A stretch of 63,803 nt of DNA, the filler included, from Octopus bimaculoides (taxonomy: Eukaryota): the NCBI RefSeq assembly GCF_001194135.2. It is 11 parts of 11 records of this genome, joined end to end, with 100 filler letters (N's around TTAATTAATTAA, not from the genome) between each part and the next. Parts side by side here need not be neighbours in the genome. Positions count along the whole stretch, not along the records: positions 8,925 to 17,454 come from NC_068997.1; positions 17,555 to 30,209 come from NC_068991.1; 9 more parts are not named here. One strand, given 5' to 3'. The notes below the pieces were generated by a model. The model had not been told where the DNA came from. It saw only the letters and a list, made by a program, of their open reading frames with translations, and searched no databases. Made by a program: the position numbers and the translations under genes. This document shows, one piece after another, positions 11,090-22,690 of this stretch. How positions within the stretch are numbered: the first letter of the stretch is position 1; the number at the start of each line of letters is the position of its first letter.

Positions 11090-12143
11090 AGAAAACAGTG
11101 GGTTTGCAACTAGTTTGTTGAAGAGGTAAGTTCATGTTGACTAGCGGAGATTTCTGTCACTGGACGGAGGGTCCGGTGAAAGTGCTCGGAGTCTGGTTCA
11201 GACCAGATTTCCAAATGGATAGGAACTCAGAAGAGGTCATGATCGGGGTGACCAAGCTCACCCAGAAATGGACTGACAGGAATGTATCTCTGAAAGGCCA
11301 GGCGGAAGTAGTAAATACATACGTCACTTAGGTAGTGTACAACCGCCTAACCGTCGCACCTTATCCCAAGGAAACGCTGACCAGACTGGAGAGCTTGCTC
11401 TTTCGATTCTTATGGAACGGTCAGGGTCCGCTGGTCAGAAAATCCATCTATTTCCAAAACTACTCCGTAGTGGTCTTGGATTTCCGTTCTTCATGATGCG
11501 CTGCCACGTGTTGAGGCAGAAATATTTAAATCACTGCGATGGTGTGAACGACGGCGACGAAAATTAGGGCGAGCTGGTGTGAGCGTCCCTCGTTCGACAC
11601 GTCCATCCACAGCTCATCTCATTGAGCGAGCTGCAGTCATGGGTCAAACGTAGACCAAGAATGGACGTTAGGCATGGCAATGCTTGGTGCAGGTGGGGTC
11701 ACTGCTTGTTCGAGACAAGCTCTTCAAGCATGGAAGTGGCAACAGCCGAACCTGCCCGAGATGCATGCAAGGGAACGAAACCGTCCTGCATGCAATCGTT
11801 CAGTGTCCGTGCATTAGTGACTTCTGGGTTTATGTTGAGTAGCTGCTACTCGAGTATGATGAATCCAGCTCTCCACCGAATGCGCAGTAAAAATCGTCGC
11901 ACCACCTTCCTTTAGAAGAGAAGGGAAGTAAATCCTTCTCTGCTTAATGGCTGTGGCTCAAGAGGTTGTGTGGTAGACTTTTTCTAATCTTTTATATAAA
12001 TATCCTTTTGGTATATCCTTTTAATTTCGCTGTGTCTCCTCTTGATCGATGTAAACCCCACCTGTTTTGTGTTGTACCTCGTCCTTGAATACTGTCCTCC
12101 ATGTCTTGGCCCTTGAGGCCAATAAAAGAAATCCTTATTATCC

Positions 12144-12202
<59 letters not shown>
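11090..12202 (+). mobile_element. 5'-truncated Tx1-like (L1 clade) LINE: post-RT region, 3' UTR and (TTA)n tail
   Basis: HWTEGPVKVLGVWF, LKGQAEVVNTY, RLTVAP, LLFRFLWNG and ELQSWVK are shared with the 28810-29815 copy. Ends AATAAAAGAAAT followed by (TTA)n. Confidence 0.8.
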
Positions 12203-12204
<2 letters not shown>

Positions 12205-12390
12205 GGCGGCGAGTTAGACGAACCTTTAGCACGCCGGGCAAAATGCTTACCAGCATTTCGTCCGTCGCTACGTTCTGAGATCAAATTCCGCCGAGGCCGA
12301 TTTCGCCTTTCAAGTATCTGTTACACACTGGGTCGATATAATCGACTTATCCCCTCCCCCAAAATTGCTAATCATTTTCCAAAATCTTTA
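12203..12390 (+). mobile_element. SINE family B
   Basis: AAGGCGGCGAG..TTAGCACGCCGGGCAAAATGCTT..TCAAATTCCGCCGAGG..GGGTCGATATAATCGAC. Confidence 0.8.
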
Positions 12391-13305
12391 TTATTATTAT
12401 TATTTTTATTTTTTTTATTCGTTTATTATTTATTTATTTATTCATTTGTTTTATTTATTTCCCGTCTGTAGTAACTTCGGTGATATTTTTACTTCATTCA
12501 AAAGGACTATTGGCCAATCAATTGTCTGTAACACAGCTGTTCTCCTGTCTTTGACAATCGTACTGAGATCTGCTGCCATCCTCACCACCACCGTCCACCG
12601 CCACCATCCCCACCACCACTGTCATCATATTCACCACCATCAACATCATCACCGGCATCACCCAATCCGACCACCACCTTCTACGCTGTAACTATCCCCA
12701 CAACCACCACCACCCTCCATCAACAAACAGCTCGTCCGCCATCGTTGCCGCCATCATGTATCACCCATCGCCATGTTTCATTTCNNNNNNNNNNNNNNNN
12801 NNNNNNNNNNNNNNNNNNNNNNNNNNNNNNNNNNNNNNNNNNNNNNNNNNNNNNNNNNNNNNNNNNNNNNNNNNNNNNNNNNNNNNNNNNNNNNNNNNNN
12901 NNNNNNNNNNNNNNNNNNNNNNNNNNNNNNNNNNNNNNNNNNNNNNNNNNNNNNNNNNNNNNNNNNNNNNNNNNNNNNNNNNNNNNNNNNNNNNNNNNNN
13001 NNNNNNNNNNNNNNNNNNNNNNNNNNNNNNNNNNNNNNNNNNNNNNNNNNNNNNNNNNNNNNNNNNNNNNNNNNNNNNNNNNNNNNNNNNNNNNNNNNNN
13101 NNNNNNNNNNNNNNNNNNNNNNNNNNNNNNNNNNNNNNNNNNNNNNNNNNNNNNNNNNNNNNNNNNNNNNNNNNNNNNNNNNNNNNNNNNNNNNNNNNNN
13201 NNNNNNNNNNNNNNNNNNNNNNNNNNNNNNNNNNNNNNNNNNNNNNNNNNNNNNNNNNNNNNNNNNNNNNNNNNNNNNNNNNNNNNNNNNNNNTATATAT
13301 ATACA

Positions 13306-13359
<54 letters not shown>

Positions 13360-13368
13360 ATATACACG

Positions 13369-13431
<63 letters not shown>

Positions 13432-14441
13432 TCCGTGTTTTTCAAGAGTATTCTTTTAAAACAGAAATAGAACGATGGAATCTGGGTGGAGAACGGTGGA
13501 CGGCTAGGTAATGTGTGGTAGGTGCATTGTACGTGTGTAGATGTGTATGTGTGTACGTGTGTGAGTGAGAGAGAGAGTGTGTGTGCGTGTGTGAGTGTGT
13601 CTGTGACTGTGTGTATGCGCGTGAGCGTAAGAAGGAGGAAGATTTAGAAAATCTGTTGCTGAAAGAGCCTCTTGAAGTTTCCGAATCCTTCACCATCGAC
13701 TTTTGTAATAAACGTTTCAAGCTGCGGATAAGGGACCGAAGTGTTTGCTGTTGCTGCTGCTGCTGCTGCCGCTGCCGTCGTCATTACGTTTTTTTTATAT
13801 CTCACCTTTTTTTTTTAACCCTGTCTCTTTTTCCCTTGTCATATCGATCAGGAGAAATATTTTCATAACCTCATCCTCAATAATAATGTCTGGCAGTTAT
13901 TTTCCTCATTTTCCTGTCATTTTTGCACTGCCGAGTCCTACATATTCTCACTTTGACATTATTTTCAATGGCTATTTACGATCACTATTCATTTGTATCG
14001 TTTCATGTCCATGTTTATTATCCAATGAATACAACTACCTACTCTCTGTTTGGCGCCGAATTGACAACAGTCTGTTGAAGCGTGGGATGGAATACTTTGT
14101 GGTATTTCGTGTTCCAACTTAGCACGTTATGAGTTCAAATCACGCCGGCTTTAATTTTGCCGATCACCATTTCAGAGTCGATAAAATGCATCATTCTAGA
14201 GCGGTAGTTTGGCAGAATTGTTAGAGTGTAGGCCTTTCGATGTCTGTTCCGACTCAGCACATTCTGAATACAAATCTTGCTGCGTTGCCGAAAAACGGTG
14301 ACATTTCTGACAATTGTTGTAAACAGTGGGGAATATCGGCAATTTGGAAAAACCAATGGAAACTTGGCTTCTTTGGTTCGATTCCCTATTCCTCTTTCAA
14401 GATCGTTTTTTTTTATAATATTGACAGACATTTTATACTTT

Positions 14442-14511
<70 letters not shown>

Positions 14512-14512
<1 letters not shown>

Positions 14513-14850
14513 CTGGTACTCCATCGCTTACGACAACGAGGGTTCCAGTTGATCCATCCGATCAACGGAACAGCTTGTTCGTGAGATTAACGTGCAAGTG
14601 GTTGAGCACTCCACAGATATGCGTACCCCTTCACATACTTCTCAGGGAGATTCAGCGTGACACAAAGTGGGACAAGGTTGGCCCCTTGAAATACAGGTAC
14701 TACTCATTTTTAAGTGAGCTGAGTGGACTGGAGCGATAAAGTGAAATAAAGTGTCTTGCTCAAGGACACAACGCACCGCCAGGAATCGAACTCGCGACCC
14801 TACGATCGCGAGCCGAATACCCTAAATACTAAGCCACGCACCTTCACACA
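14512..14850 (-). mobile_element. Near full-length SINE family D
   Basis: Minus head GCGTGGCTTAGTATTTAGGG..GAGTTCGATTCC (A/B boxes), then GTGTCCTTGAGCAAGACACTT, body and (TA)n tail. A plus-strand head of a related type lies at about 40535-40660. Confidence 0.8.
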
Positions 14851-15057
14851 ATGTATTAAAAAATTGCTTTCCAAACTAAATTTCATTACATCATTGGTTT
14901 CTCTATAGTTCTTTTCTTGGAACATGAATGTCACAAATATCGAGGTATTTGTGCAAATGTACTTTACGAAGCCGCTGTGAGTAAAAGTCGGCAATCAAAG
15001 AATATTATTATAAAATTATACAATGTGCCTAGAGTAGAAAGGATTAAAATTATTATT

Positions 15058-15275
15058 AAGGCGGTGAGCTGTTAGAATCGTTAGCACACCGGGTGAAATG
15101 CTGAGCGGTATTTCGCCCGTCGCGACGTTCTGAGTTCAAATTCCACCGAGGTTGACTTTGCCTTTCATCCGTTTGAGGTCGATGAATTAAGTACCAGTGA
15201 AATACTGGGGTCGATCTAATCGACTAGTCTCCTCCCCACAAATTTCAGGCCTTGTGCCTTTAGTAGAAAATTATA
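15058..15275 (+). mobile_element. SINE family B with CCTTGTGCCT..AGTAGAAAA tail
   Basis: Central GCCTTTCATCCGTTTGAGGTCGATGAATTAAGTACCAG. From memory this resembles the Meta-SINE core domain; not checked. Confidence 0.8.
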
Positions 15276-15949
15276 CAAGACGTTGTATAAATCTGGCAGC
15301 CGGAGTTATATATGCGCGAGCAGAGATAGGGAAAGAAAACGTCTGATACTTTTCTGTCCGTGACCGACATATTCTCTCTGTGTGTTTAAGATCCCGTGTA
15401 TTTGTGTGTACATGTGTGTATAAGTATGTGTAATGAGTTAAGAGAGAGGAGGGAAAGAAATGGTAAGAAAGACAGAGAGAGAGAGAGAGAGAGCCGGTCG
15501 TCGGGTATTCCTGAAGTATAAATATATATGCCATCTGTTTGGTTATTTGCTAGATTTTATTGAATGGCACAAATCCTGGTTTCTTAACAGCAGTTTATTC
15601 CAATTAGGCTCACTCACAATTTAACACCAACAGTATCTGGGTCGAATCGAAAACCCATTTGTTCTTGCATATCTTCTGTCACTATTGTCAGTGACAGAAA
15701 AATCCACCAAACATTTATTTCGACATTGCAACTGCAGAGGCGTTCGTAAGTCGAAACGAATATCAAGACACGATGACATCACAACTTTGCAGACGACAGT
15801 TAATCCAGTCTGTTACCAAGTCTTTTTTATTGTTACAGCGGCTTAATTTCCTATGAAGGATACACAAAATAAGGCTATATTTACTAGAATTAGAAAGGTA
15901 GTGATGGGCTTCATCGGTAGAGAATTAGATTAGAAATATGAATATTGGT

Positions 15950-16170
15950 TTCTAATTTAGGAACAAGGGCGGCAATTTCAGGAGGAGGGAGTAGTCGATA
16001 TCATCGACCCCAGTCCTTGACTGAATCAGTTTTATTTTATCAACTATGAAAGGACGGAAAGCAAAACTGACCTCGTGGGAATTTGAATTCGCATAATATA
16101 AAGAACCGGATGAAATACTAGAAAACATTTTTTTTTTCAAACATTTTAACAATTCTGCCAGCTCACTGCG
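15950..16170 (-). mobile_element. SINE family B, diverged
   Basis: Reverse-complement match including GTCGATATCATCGACCCCAG and GGAATTTGAA. Confidence 0.7.
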
Positions 16171-17003
16171 TTCGGTTTCAGTCCCACCCCGGGGCACATA
16201 TGGCAAGTGTCACCTACTTCAGTTCCAGGCCGACCAATGTCTTGTGACTGAAAGAACACCGTCAGATGTATGTATGAATGCATGAATGCATGTATGTATG
16301 TCATTACTCAGTTATATCTGAAGATGTCTTACCAATAGAGAAAGAACCGGTTTCTAACCTAGATTCAAGGCTCCTTCATTGGAATTTCAACATCAACAGG
16401 GTATGTATGTATGTATGTATGTATGTATGTATGTGTGCAGATTTGTGCATTTTGTTTTATGTATGTATTATCATGCATATAGTTGCATATCTAGACATGC
16501 TCATATATACTTAAATGATAAACTTCTGGAAAGTTATACAGATTTTTACAGTTCCAGTTATGGCTTGGATATATAGTCTTCGAATCAGCTTTCTCCTTTC
16601 TGGTTTTGTGAATCCTAATTTCTCAAGACTGGTATTTAGGCACTGTATGTATGCATGTATGTATGTATATATGTATTATCTATCTATGTGTGGGTGGATG
16701 GGCAGCTGATTAGCTGGGTGGCGGTGTGGTTGGGGTATGTGTGCCTCTGTGTTTATGTTTGTCTCTCCACACACGCTACTCGATAACCGATGTTAGCTTG
16801 TGTCTCCATAACATAACGCTTTGGCAAGGAGACCAACAATAAGTATTCCTGTTGATTTGTTGGACTAAACTCTTCAAAGCAATGCTCCAGCATGGTAGTA
16901 GTCCAATGACTGAAGCTAGTAAAAAAGACAAAAGATTATTAAAACATAAATGAATTCATTTTAATTTTTCCCGCCTTTCTTTCTTTCTTTCCATTTTATA
17001 CAG

Positions 17004-17243
17004 AATTATTTCCGAAGGAAGGAGGAGCCGAAAAATCTTACAGATTCCTTCTCCAGCTTGTCCACATGCTCTTCGAGTATATATCTCAGGAAAACCTCCG
17101 TTCCAATAAAATTCTTGACTTCCATTTACCCCACGAACTCTTGGAAATCTTCAATTCGCGATTATACGTCAGTGCCGAACCTCACAGTTTGGACCAGATT
17201 CTCAAAGATTGCAGGGAGACGCTCGTCTACTGCGTTAAAACAG
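17004..17243 (+). CDS. GAD: Internal coding exon of a glutamate decarboxylase / cysteine sulfinic acid decarboxylase family gene
   Basis: Acceptor TTCTTTCCATTTTATACAG, donor CAG|GTAAAT, 240 bp, phase 1-1, open frame (E)LFPKEGGAEKSYRFLLQLVHMLFEYISQENLRSNKILDFHLPHELLEIFNSRLYVSAEPHSLDQILKDCRETLVYCVKT(G). By recall this aligns with GAD1 [53 protein letters not shown]. GAD versus CSAD/GADL1 is not resolved. Confidence 0.9.
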
Positions 17244-17382
17244 GTAAATCTAATTCTAATACTTTACCGCATCACTCTCACTCTCTCTCTCTCTCTCTCT
17301 CCCTCCTTCTCTCTCCCTCTTTCTCTCTCTGTATATACACATATCTATCTATCTATTTATCAATCTATCTATCCTTCTGTAC

Positions 17383-17422
<40 letters not shown>

Positions 17423-17635
17423 TGTCGGTATGTATATGGTGTATGTATGTATATNNNNNNNNNNNNNNNNNNNNNNNNNNNNNNNNNNNNNNNNNNNNTT
17501 AATTAATTAANNNNNNNNNNNNNNNNNNNNNNNNNNNNNNNNNNNNNNNNNNNNTTTCTTTTCATCGCAAATATCATTCGAATATATAATCACAAATTTA
17601 TTCATATGTCTTTCTAAATCTTTTCTTTTTTTTAG

Positions 17636-17845
17636 GTCAAATCAACCCGCCATATTGATCACATCTTGAAATACGGTGGAGAATATCTAAAATCTCCATG
17701 TCAAGAGAGTCGATTGTATGAATTTTTAATGATCGATGTATTGGTTCCTATATTTGCTGCAATATTATTTTTGATATATTTAATATATCTAAGTGTGAAA
17801 AAATGTTTCTCGTTTTGTTGCAAGAAAAAAACGAAGACTGACTAA
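17636..17845 (+). CDS. UGT: Terminal exon of a UDP-glucuronosyltransferase (TM helix and di-lysine tail)
   Basis: Strong acceptor TCTTTTCTTTTTTTTAG, phase 0, 69 codons plus stop: VKSTRHIDHILKYGGEYLKSPCQESRLYEFLMIDVLVPIFAAILFLIYLIYLSVKKCFSFCCKKKTKTD*. Clearly homologous to 20100-20284. Confidence 0.8.
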   Translation, partial: VKSTRHIDHILKYGGEYLKSPCQESRLYEFLMIDVLVPIFAAILFLIYLIYLSVKKCFSFCCKKKTKTD

Positions 17846-18847
17846 AATAATTTCTTTGATAATTTCAAACAATGTAAAAAAATCACGGCAGATTTTTGGT
17901 GTATGTAAATGAAGGTTAAAAACATTTTATTTTAAAAAAAATCAATTGAAATTTGGAAATTTTCTGTAGATATATTTATGTGGTGTAGATTTTAAAGATT
18001 TACGTCATATAGTTTATTGTATTTTCTTTTTGCTTGAAACATTTTATAGAATCTCCGTATTAAACATAAACACTTTCACTGAAAACAACACGTGTCAAAG
18101 TACAGGGCCATTATTTTTCTTATAATCAAAAGAAGATGTTTAATCTGTTCTGTTTATCAAAATTTCTAATAAATTGCTTATTCATTTTGTAATAAATATA
18201 TTCATTTTAAGCCCTTACTAGCTGTTATATTTTATTGTACAATATTTCCGTCTCCTTCCACTCTGTTTTCCTCGACGAAATTGTTAAGATTTCCTGCAAC
18301 TTGTTATGTCATTTTCGTATAGAGAAGAATCCGCTTATATCAATTACTAAGTGAAGGTTTAAATGCTTTGTTGCAGTTTTAATTTTGATAGGCTTGACTC
18401 ATTTTGAACAAAACTCTTTGTAGTTTTCGTTGGTGTGTTCAAAGTTAATCCACAGGCATAGTGTGTCATAGTATAGCGTGGGCAGACAGTCATAAAAGTT
18501 GTTTATGTTTATCAGAGGACAGCTTTCATGCGAAAAAGAGACTTCAACTGTGACCACTGTCTTTTTTACTTTTCGTTTGGTTGACTTAATATAGCGGGTC
18601 GGTAAAAGTGACCTATGGAATAAGTACCTTACTTTAAAAATAGTAAGTTCTGTGGTCCATTCGTTCGATTAAATGTTCGTCAAGGCAGTGTCACAGCATG
18701 ACCGCAGTCTAATAACTGAAACAAGTAAAAAAAAAAAAAAATTAATTGGAAATTCCAATACATAACCACAATATTATCCTTTAAGTAATAATTACAGTTT
18801 ACCTTACTTAATCTGTTTATTTTGTGAGGCCAGAAATTCAGGGGAAA

Positions 18848-20284
18848 ATGAAGAATATGTTCATCAGTATATCGGCGCTATACAATGTTATTTTTTTTTT
18901 ACCGATAGTTAATGGTAAAAATATTTTATACCTAGCATGGCCTTTCTATAGCCTCGTAAATCCAATGACTTCTGTAGCAAACGAATTATCAAAGTGTGAA
19001 CACAATAACTATTTTATACTAAATAATAAAATCTCACTAAAACTTTCCAAAATGAGCAAAACATAAATATCCTTCAAATGGTCGAGATCACAGAATTTAG
19101 TAAAACCTTTTCTGACGCACAACAGAAAATAACATCAAAACAAATACATGTGATAAGAAGTGTGTTCACTTTGGTTCCTCTGATATGTGTTAGAATTCTA
19201 AAGGATGAGAAATGGATCGAATCATTGCGAGCGGTTAATGCCAGTTTAGCTGTTATTAATGGTCTATTTGCGGCAAATTTTCTTACAATAGCATCATATC
19301 AATTGTCAGTTCCATTTGTTCTCAGAGGATCTGAGATACTTCCTAGTCTTCATCGCATTCCAATGATTTGGAGTGTTTTCTCAAACAGTTTCGTCGGATC
19401 ATCGAGCAAGATGATATATTCAAAAAAGATAATAAGTGCTTTGGCTGCCATCATAGACTAACCATTCCTCGTATTGGTGCACCTTCACACAGCGTTAAAC
19501 TATATGCGAAAGACAAATCTATTTCATTCGCAGATGTTCTACATCAGGCACAAGTTTTTCTTATTGAAAAGGATATACTTCTAGATCATCCGCTACTACA
19601 ACTTCCAAACATAAGGTACGTTGATGGTCTGGCTACAAAACGTTTGTTGCTTTTGAAGTATGAATTAATGAAATTCGTAAATGTGTCTACGAAAGGAATA
19701 GTTGTAGAGTCATTTGGCAGTAATATACAAAACGCATTGAAACAAACAAAACATCATTTTCTCATTGGAATATATGTATATTTCTATATAAGTGATTGAG
19801 TACCACAAAATGATCTGATTGGTCTTCCTAAAACTAAATTATTTCTTACTCATTGTGTAAATAGTGGCCAGTGTGAAGCTTTGTTCCATGGTGTGCCAAT
19901 GCTGGGAATATCCTTATTTGGAAACCAGCATTATAACTCTGGTGACCAATGAAGGATATGGTTTGTTCCTAGATATATATAACTTTACTCCAGAAGAACT
20001 AATAGAGAAAATAAATGAACTGACGGAAACTAAAATATTCTTAGAAAATTAAAAGATCTGGTGAAATATTTCACTCTCGGCCCGAATATAAAGCGAAGAA
20101 TTCAGCCCACTATATTGATCTCGTCTTGAAATATGGTGGAGAACGTCTAAAATCTCCTTGTCAAGAGAGTCAATTGTACGAATTTCCTATATTTGGAGTA
20201 ACATTACTTTTGATATATTTGACCTGTGTAATTGGGACAAAATGTTGAACTATTTTTTGCAAGAAGAAAACGAAGATTGACTAA
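18848..20284 (+). pseudogene. UGT: Intronless UDP-glucuronosyltransferase pseudogene
   Basis: Signal peptide then GKNILYLAWPF..NELSK; LDHPLLQLPNIRYVDGL; GIVVESFGSN; signature D*VPQNDLIGLPKTKLFLTHC..EALFHGVPMLGISLFGNQ; C-terminal YIDLVLKYGGERLKSP..KKKTKID*. Frameshifts near 19030-19065, 19450 and 19945; stops at 19797-19799 and 20050-20052. Confidence 0.88.
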
Positions 20285-21364
20285 AATATGTTTTGGTAAG
20301 CTCAAATATGTAAATCATATTTTTTTTTTGTTTGATTTATGTAAATCAAGTTCTAACTGCAATAACCCAGGAAGCATACTTTGTCTTTTTTTTTTGTATA
20401 TCCATATCTGATGATATGAAGAAAAATATTGCAACATAATGCAGCCGTTTGTCTCATGTAATGAGCCTACCCATGCCCTATATAACTGTTTCATTAATTT
20501 ACTAATTGTTTCACAGCCTTTACAATTCATTGATAATATAAGTTTATTCTCAATATTTGCACAGCCACCTCACTGTCACTCTTATAATTAAAAATCAGAA
20601 ATATTAATCTCATTTGTCCAATAATCAAATCAGAATTAATGTCCTTTTCACCTTTACCTCACGTCTAATTTCACATCGTTGAAATTTGAATTCTGTTTGC
20701 ATTGCCATATCAAAGAACGGAACCGAAATCGTTGCTGTTTAAACACTTCTTACCTACACATATTAATAGATGAGCTCATGTATTTTTTCTTTATATCGTT
20801 ATCATGATTATCATGATAATTATCATGATTATTATCATGAACATCATCATCATAATAATCATCATAAGCGTTCATGTTCTATGCTGGCATGAGTTAGAGG
20901 ATTTAACAGCTACTACGAGACCCAAGGATTGAATCATGCGCTTCTATCTGTTTTAGCATGGTTTCCTAACGCAAATGCCCTTCCTAACGAAAACACCTTT
21001 ATAGTGTGTACTGACCGCTCTTTTTCGTGCCACGTGCACTAGTGAGATGAAAATGCAGCTGGAAAATGATAACCTGGAGAGAGGCGGGTTTTATGCTAAA
21101 AGATGAGAAGTGAAAGTAAGACGAAAGGAGGCAGAACAGAACAGGCTTCTTGATGTAGTGAAACCACATGAGTATTCATATTTTATGAGATTGGGTGAAG
21201 GTGAGTGAGAGGAGTGGGGAAGAGATAAGATAGTGGTGATGGAGTGCCTGTGTCTACTCTCAAAGTAAAAGGTGAGTAGAAGCGAATGGAAGCAGTAGAA
21301 CGGTAGAGCTAGCAAAAGCGAATGGGAGAATGAGTAATGGGAAGGAAGAGAGTGAATATAATTC

Positions 21365-21710
21365 TTTTCAACTCTAGGCACAGGGCCCGAAATTTTTGAG
21401 TAGAGGGTCAGTCGATTAGATCGAACCCAGTACGCAAGTGGTAAATTAATTTATCGACCACGAAAGGATGAATGGCAAAGTCGAACTCGGTGGAATTTGA
21501 ACTCAGAAATACCAGTAAGCATTTCGGTCGGCGTGCTAACGTTTCTTATTTCTTTATTGTCCACAAGGGGCTAAACACAGAGGGAACAAACAAGGAGATT
21601 ATCGACCCCAAAAGGATGAAAGGCAAAGTCGACCTCGGCGGAATTTGAACTCAGAACGTAATAGCATTTCGCCCGGCGTGCTAACGATTCTGCCAGCTCG
21701 CCGCTTTAGG
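21365..21710 (-). mobile_element. Two tandem SINE family B copies with different 3' tails
   Basis: GGCAAAGTCG..GGAATTTGAACTCAGAA occurs twice. The tails read TCTAGGCACAGGGCCCGAAAT and TTTCTTTATTGTCCACAAGGGGCTAAAC on the plus strand. Confidence 0.8.
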
Positions 21711-21896
21711 GAGTGAATATAATGAAAGAAGAAGTGTTGAGTGGTTACGTAGGGGTGGAAGAGATTGTGTAGGGTGGTGGATGACGTAGTGAATGGTGGA
21801 TAAGGGGTGAGGTTGACCAATTATGCATGGCGTGGGGAGGGGGAAGAGTAGCAGAATAGTAATGTTGATATGGTACACAGGGAAAGAAAGGGAGAG

Positions 21897-21964
<68 letters not shown>

Positions 21965-22389
21965 AGTGAAAGAGAGAGAGGGAGAGACATACAGGCAGAC
22001 TGAGAGAAAGAGAGATGATTTGATAGGTTGTAAGATTGTGAGAAAAGGAGAAAGAGAGACAGCAGGCGTGCATAGAGTGGTTGAGAGATGTATGGTAGTG
22101 GAAGTGTGGTGAATTGGTGTGTCATGTGGGGTGGGGGCAATGTAAAGTGTGAATGAAGGAAACAGTATTAGAGATGAGGGATGCATGCTAAGTGTAACGG
22201 TTTCGGCTACTGAGAAAAAACCTTTTCCGCAAATGACCTCAACATTGGCATTTGTTTATATACATGTCCCCATCCATATGAATCACATGTCTATACCAGC
22301 GCAGTTTTCTTTCGTGTACACTACAACTGATTTCCCTTTTGTCCAGTTTTTCTATCTACACAAGTCTGCCCATGAGATTAAATAACAAA

Positions 22390-22690
22390 AAGCAAATATA
22401 TATATGTAGTATGTATATATAAAACAAATAATGAATGAGTATATGCATATATACGTACAGGTATGTGCATACCTACGTCTACCTGTATATATAGGTGCAT
22501 ATCTGGGTACAGGACATTGCAAACAAAACGTAGACAAGAAAATAATAATAACCAGAGTACAGAAAACACACAAGCCACATAGAAAACATTTTCCTTCATC
22601 AGCTACCCCCATTTTAACACCGGCGTTTCGAAGAGTTGGGCAGGACGCATCGTTAAAACGGCTCTTCCCATGGACCGCGAATTAAATTTG
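22390..22690 (-). mobile_element. Penelope-like terminal-repeat fragment with degenerate hammerhead motifs
   Basis: Related to 30819-31012 and 31764-31957. Minus strand has GAAGAG..CTCTTC-GAAAC and a separate CTGATGA. Confidence 0.5.

Noticed and set aside
13560-13800. Minus ORFs around a (GCA)n tract (poly-Ala or poly-Gln)
   Set aside because: They end in microsatellite or early stops with no splice support. The region could be UTR, but nothing supports a call.
14760-14850. tRNA gene calls at A/B-box sequences (also 1845, 10965 and 52905)
   Set aside because: No complete cloverleaf or acceptor stem, and each continues into SINE body sequence.
15540-15760. Candidate upstream GAD exon ending at TTC|GTAAGT
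   Set aside because: No ATG in the required phase and no similarity to the GAD N-terminal linker.
17243-17636. Possible GAD-UGT chimeric splice
   Set aside because: The GAD donor is phase 1 and the UGT acceptor needs phase 0, so the join gives a stop within 7 codons. The two also lie across a linker gap.
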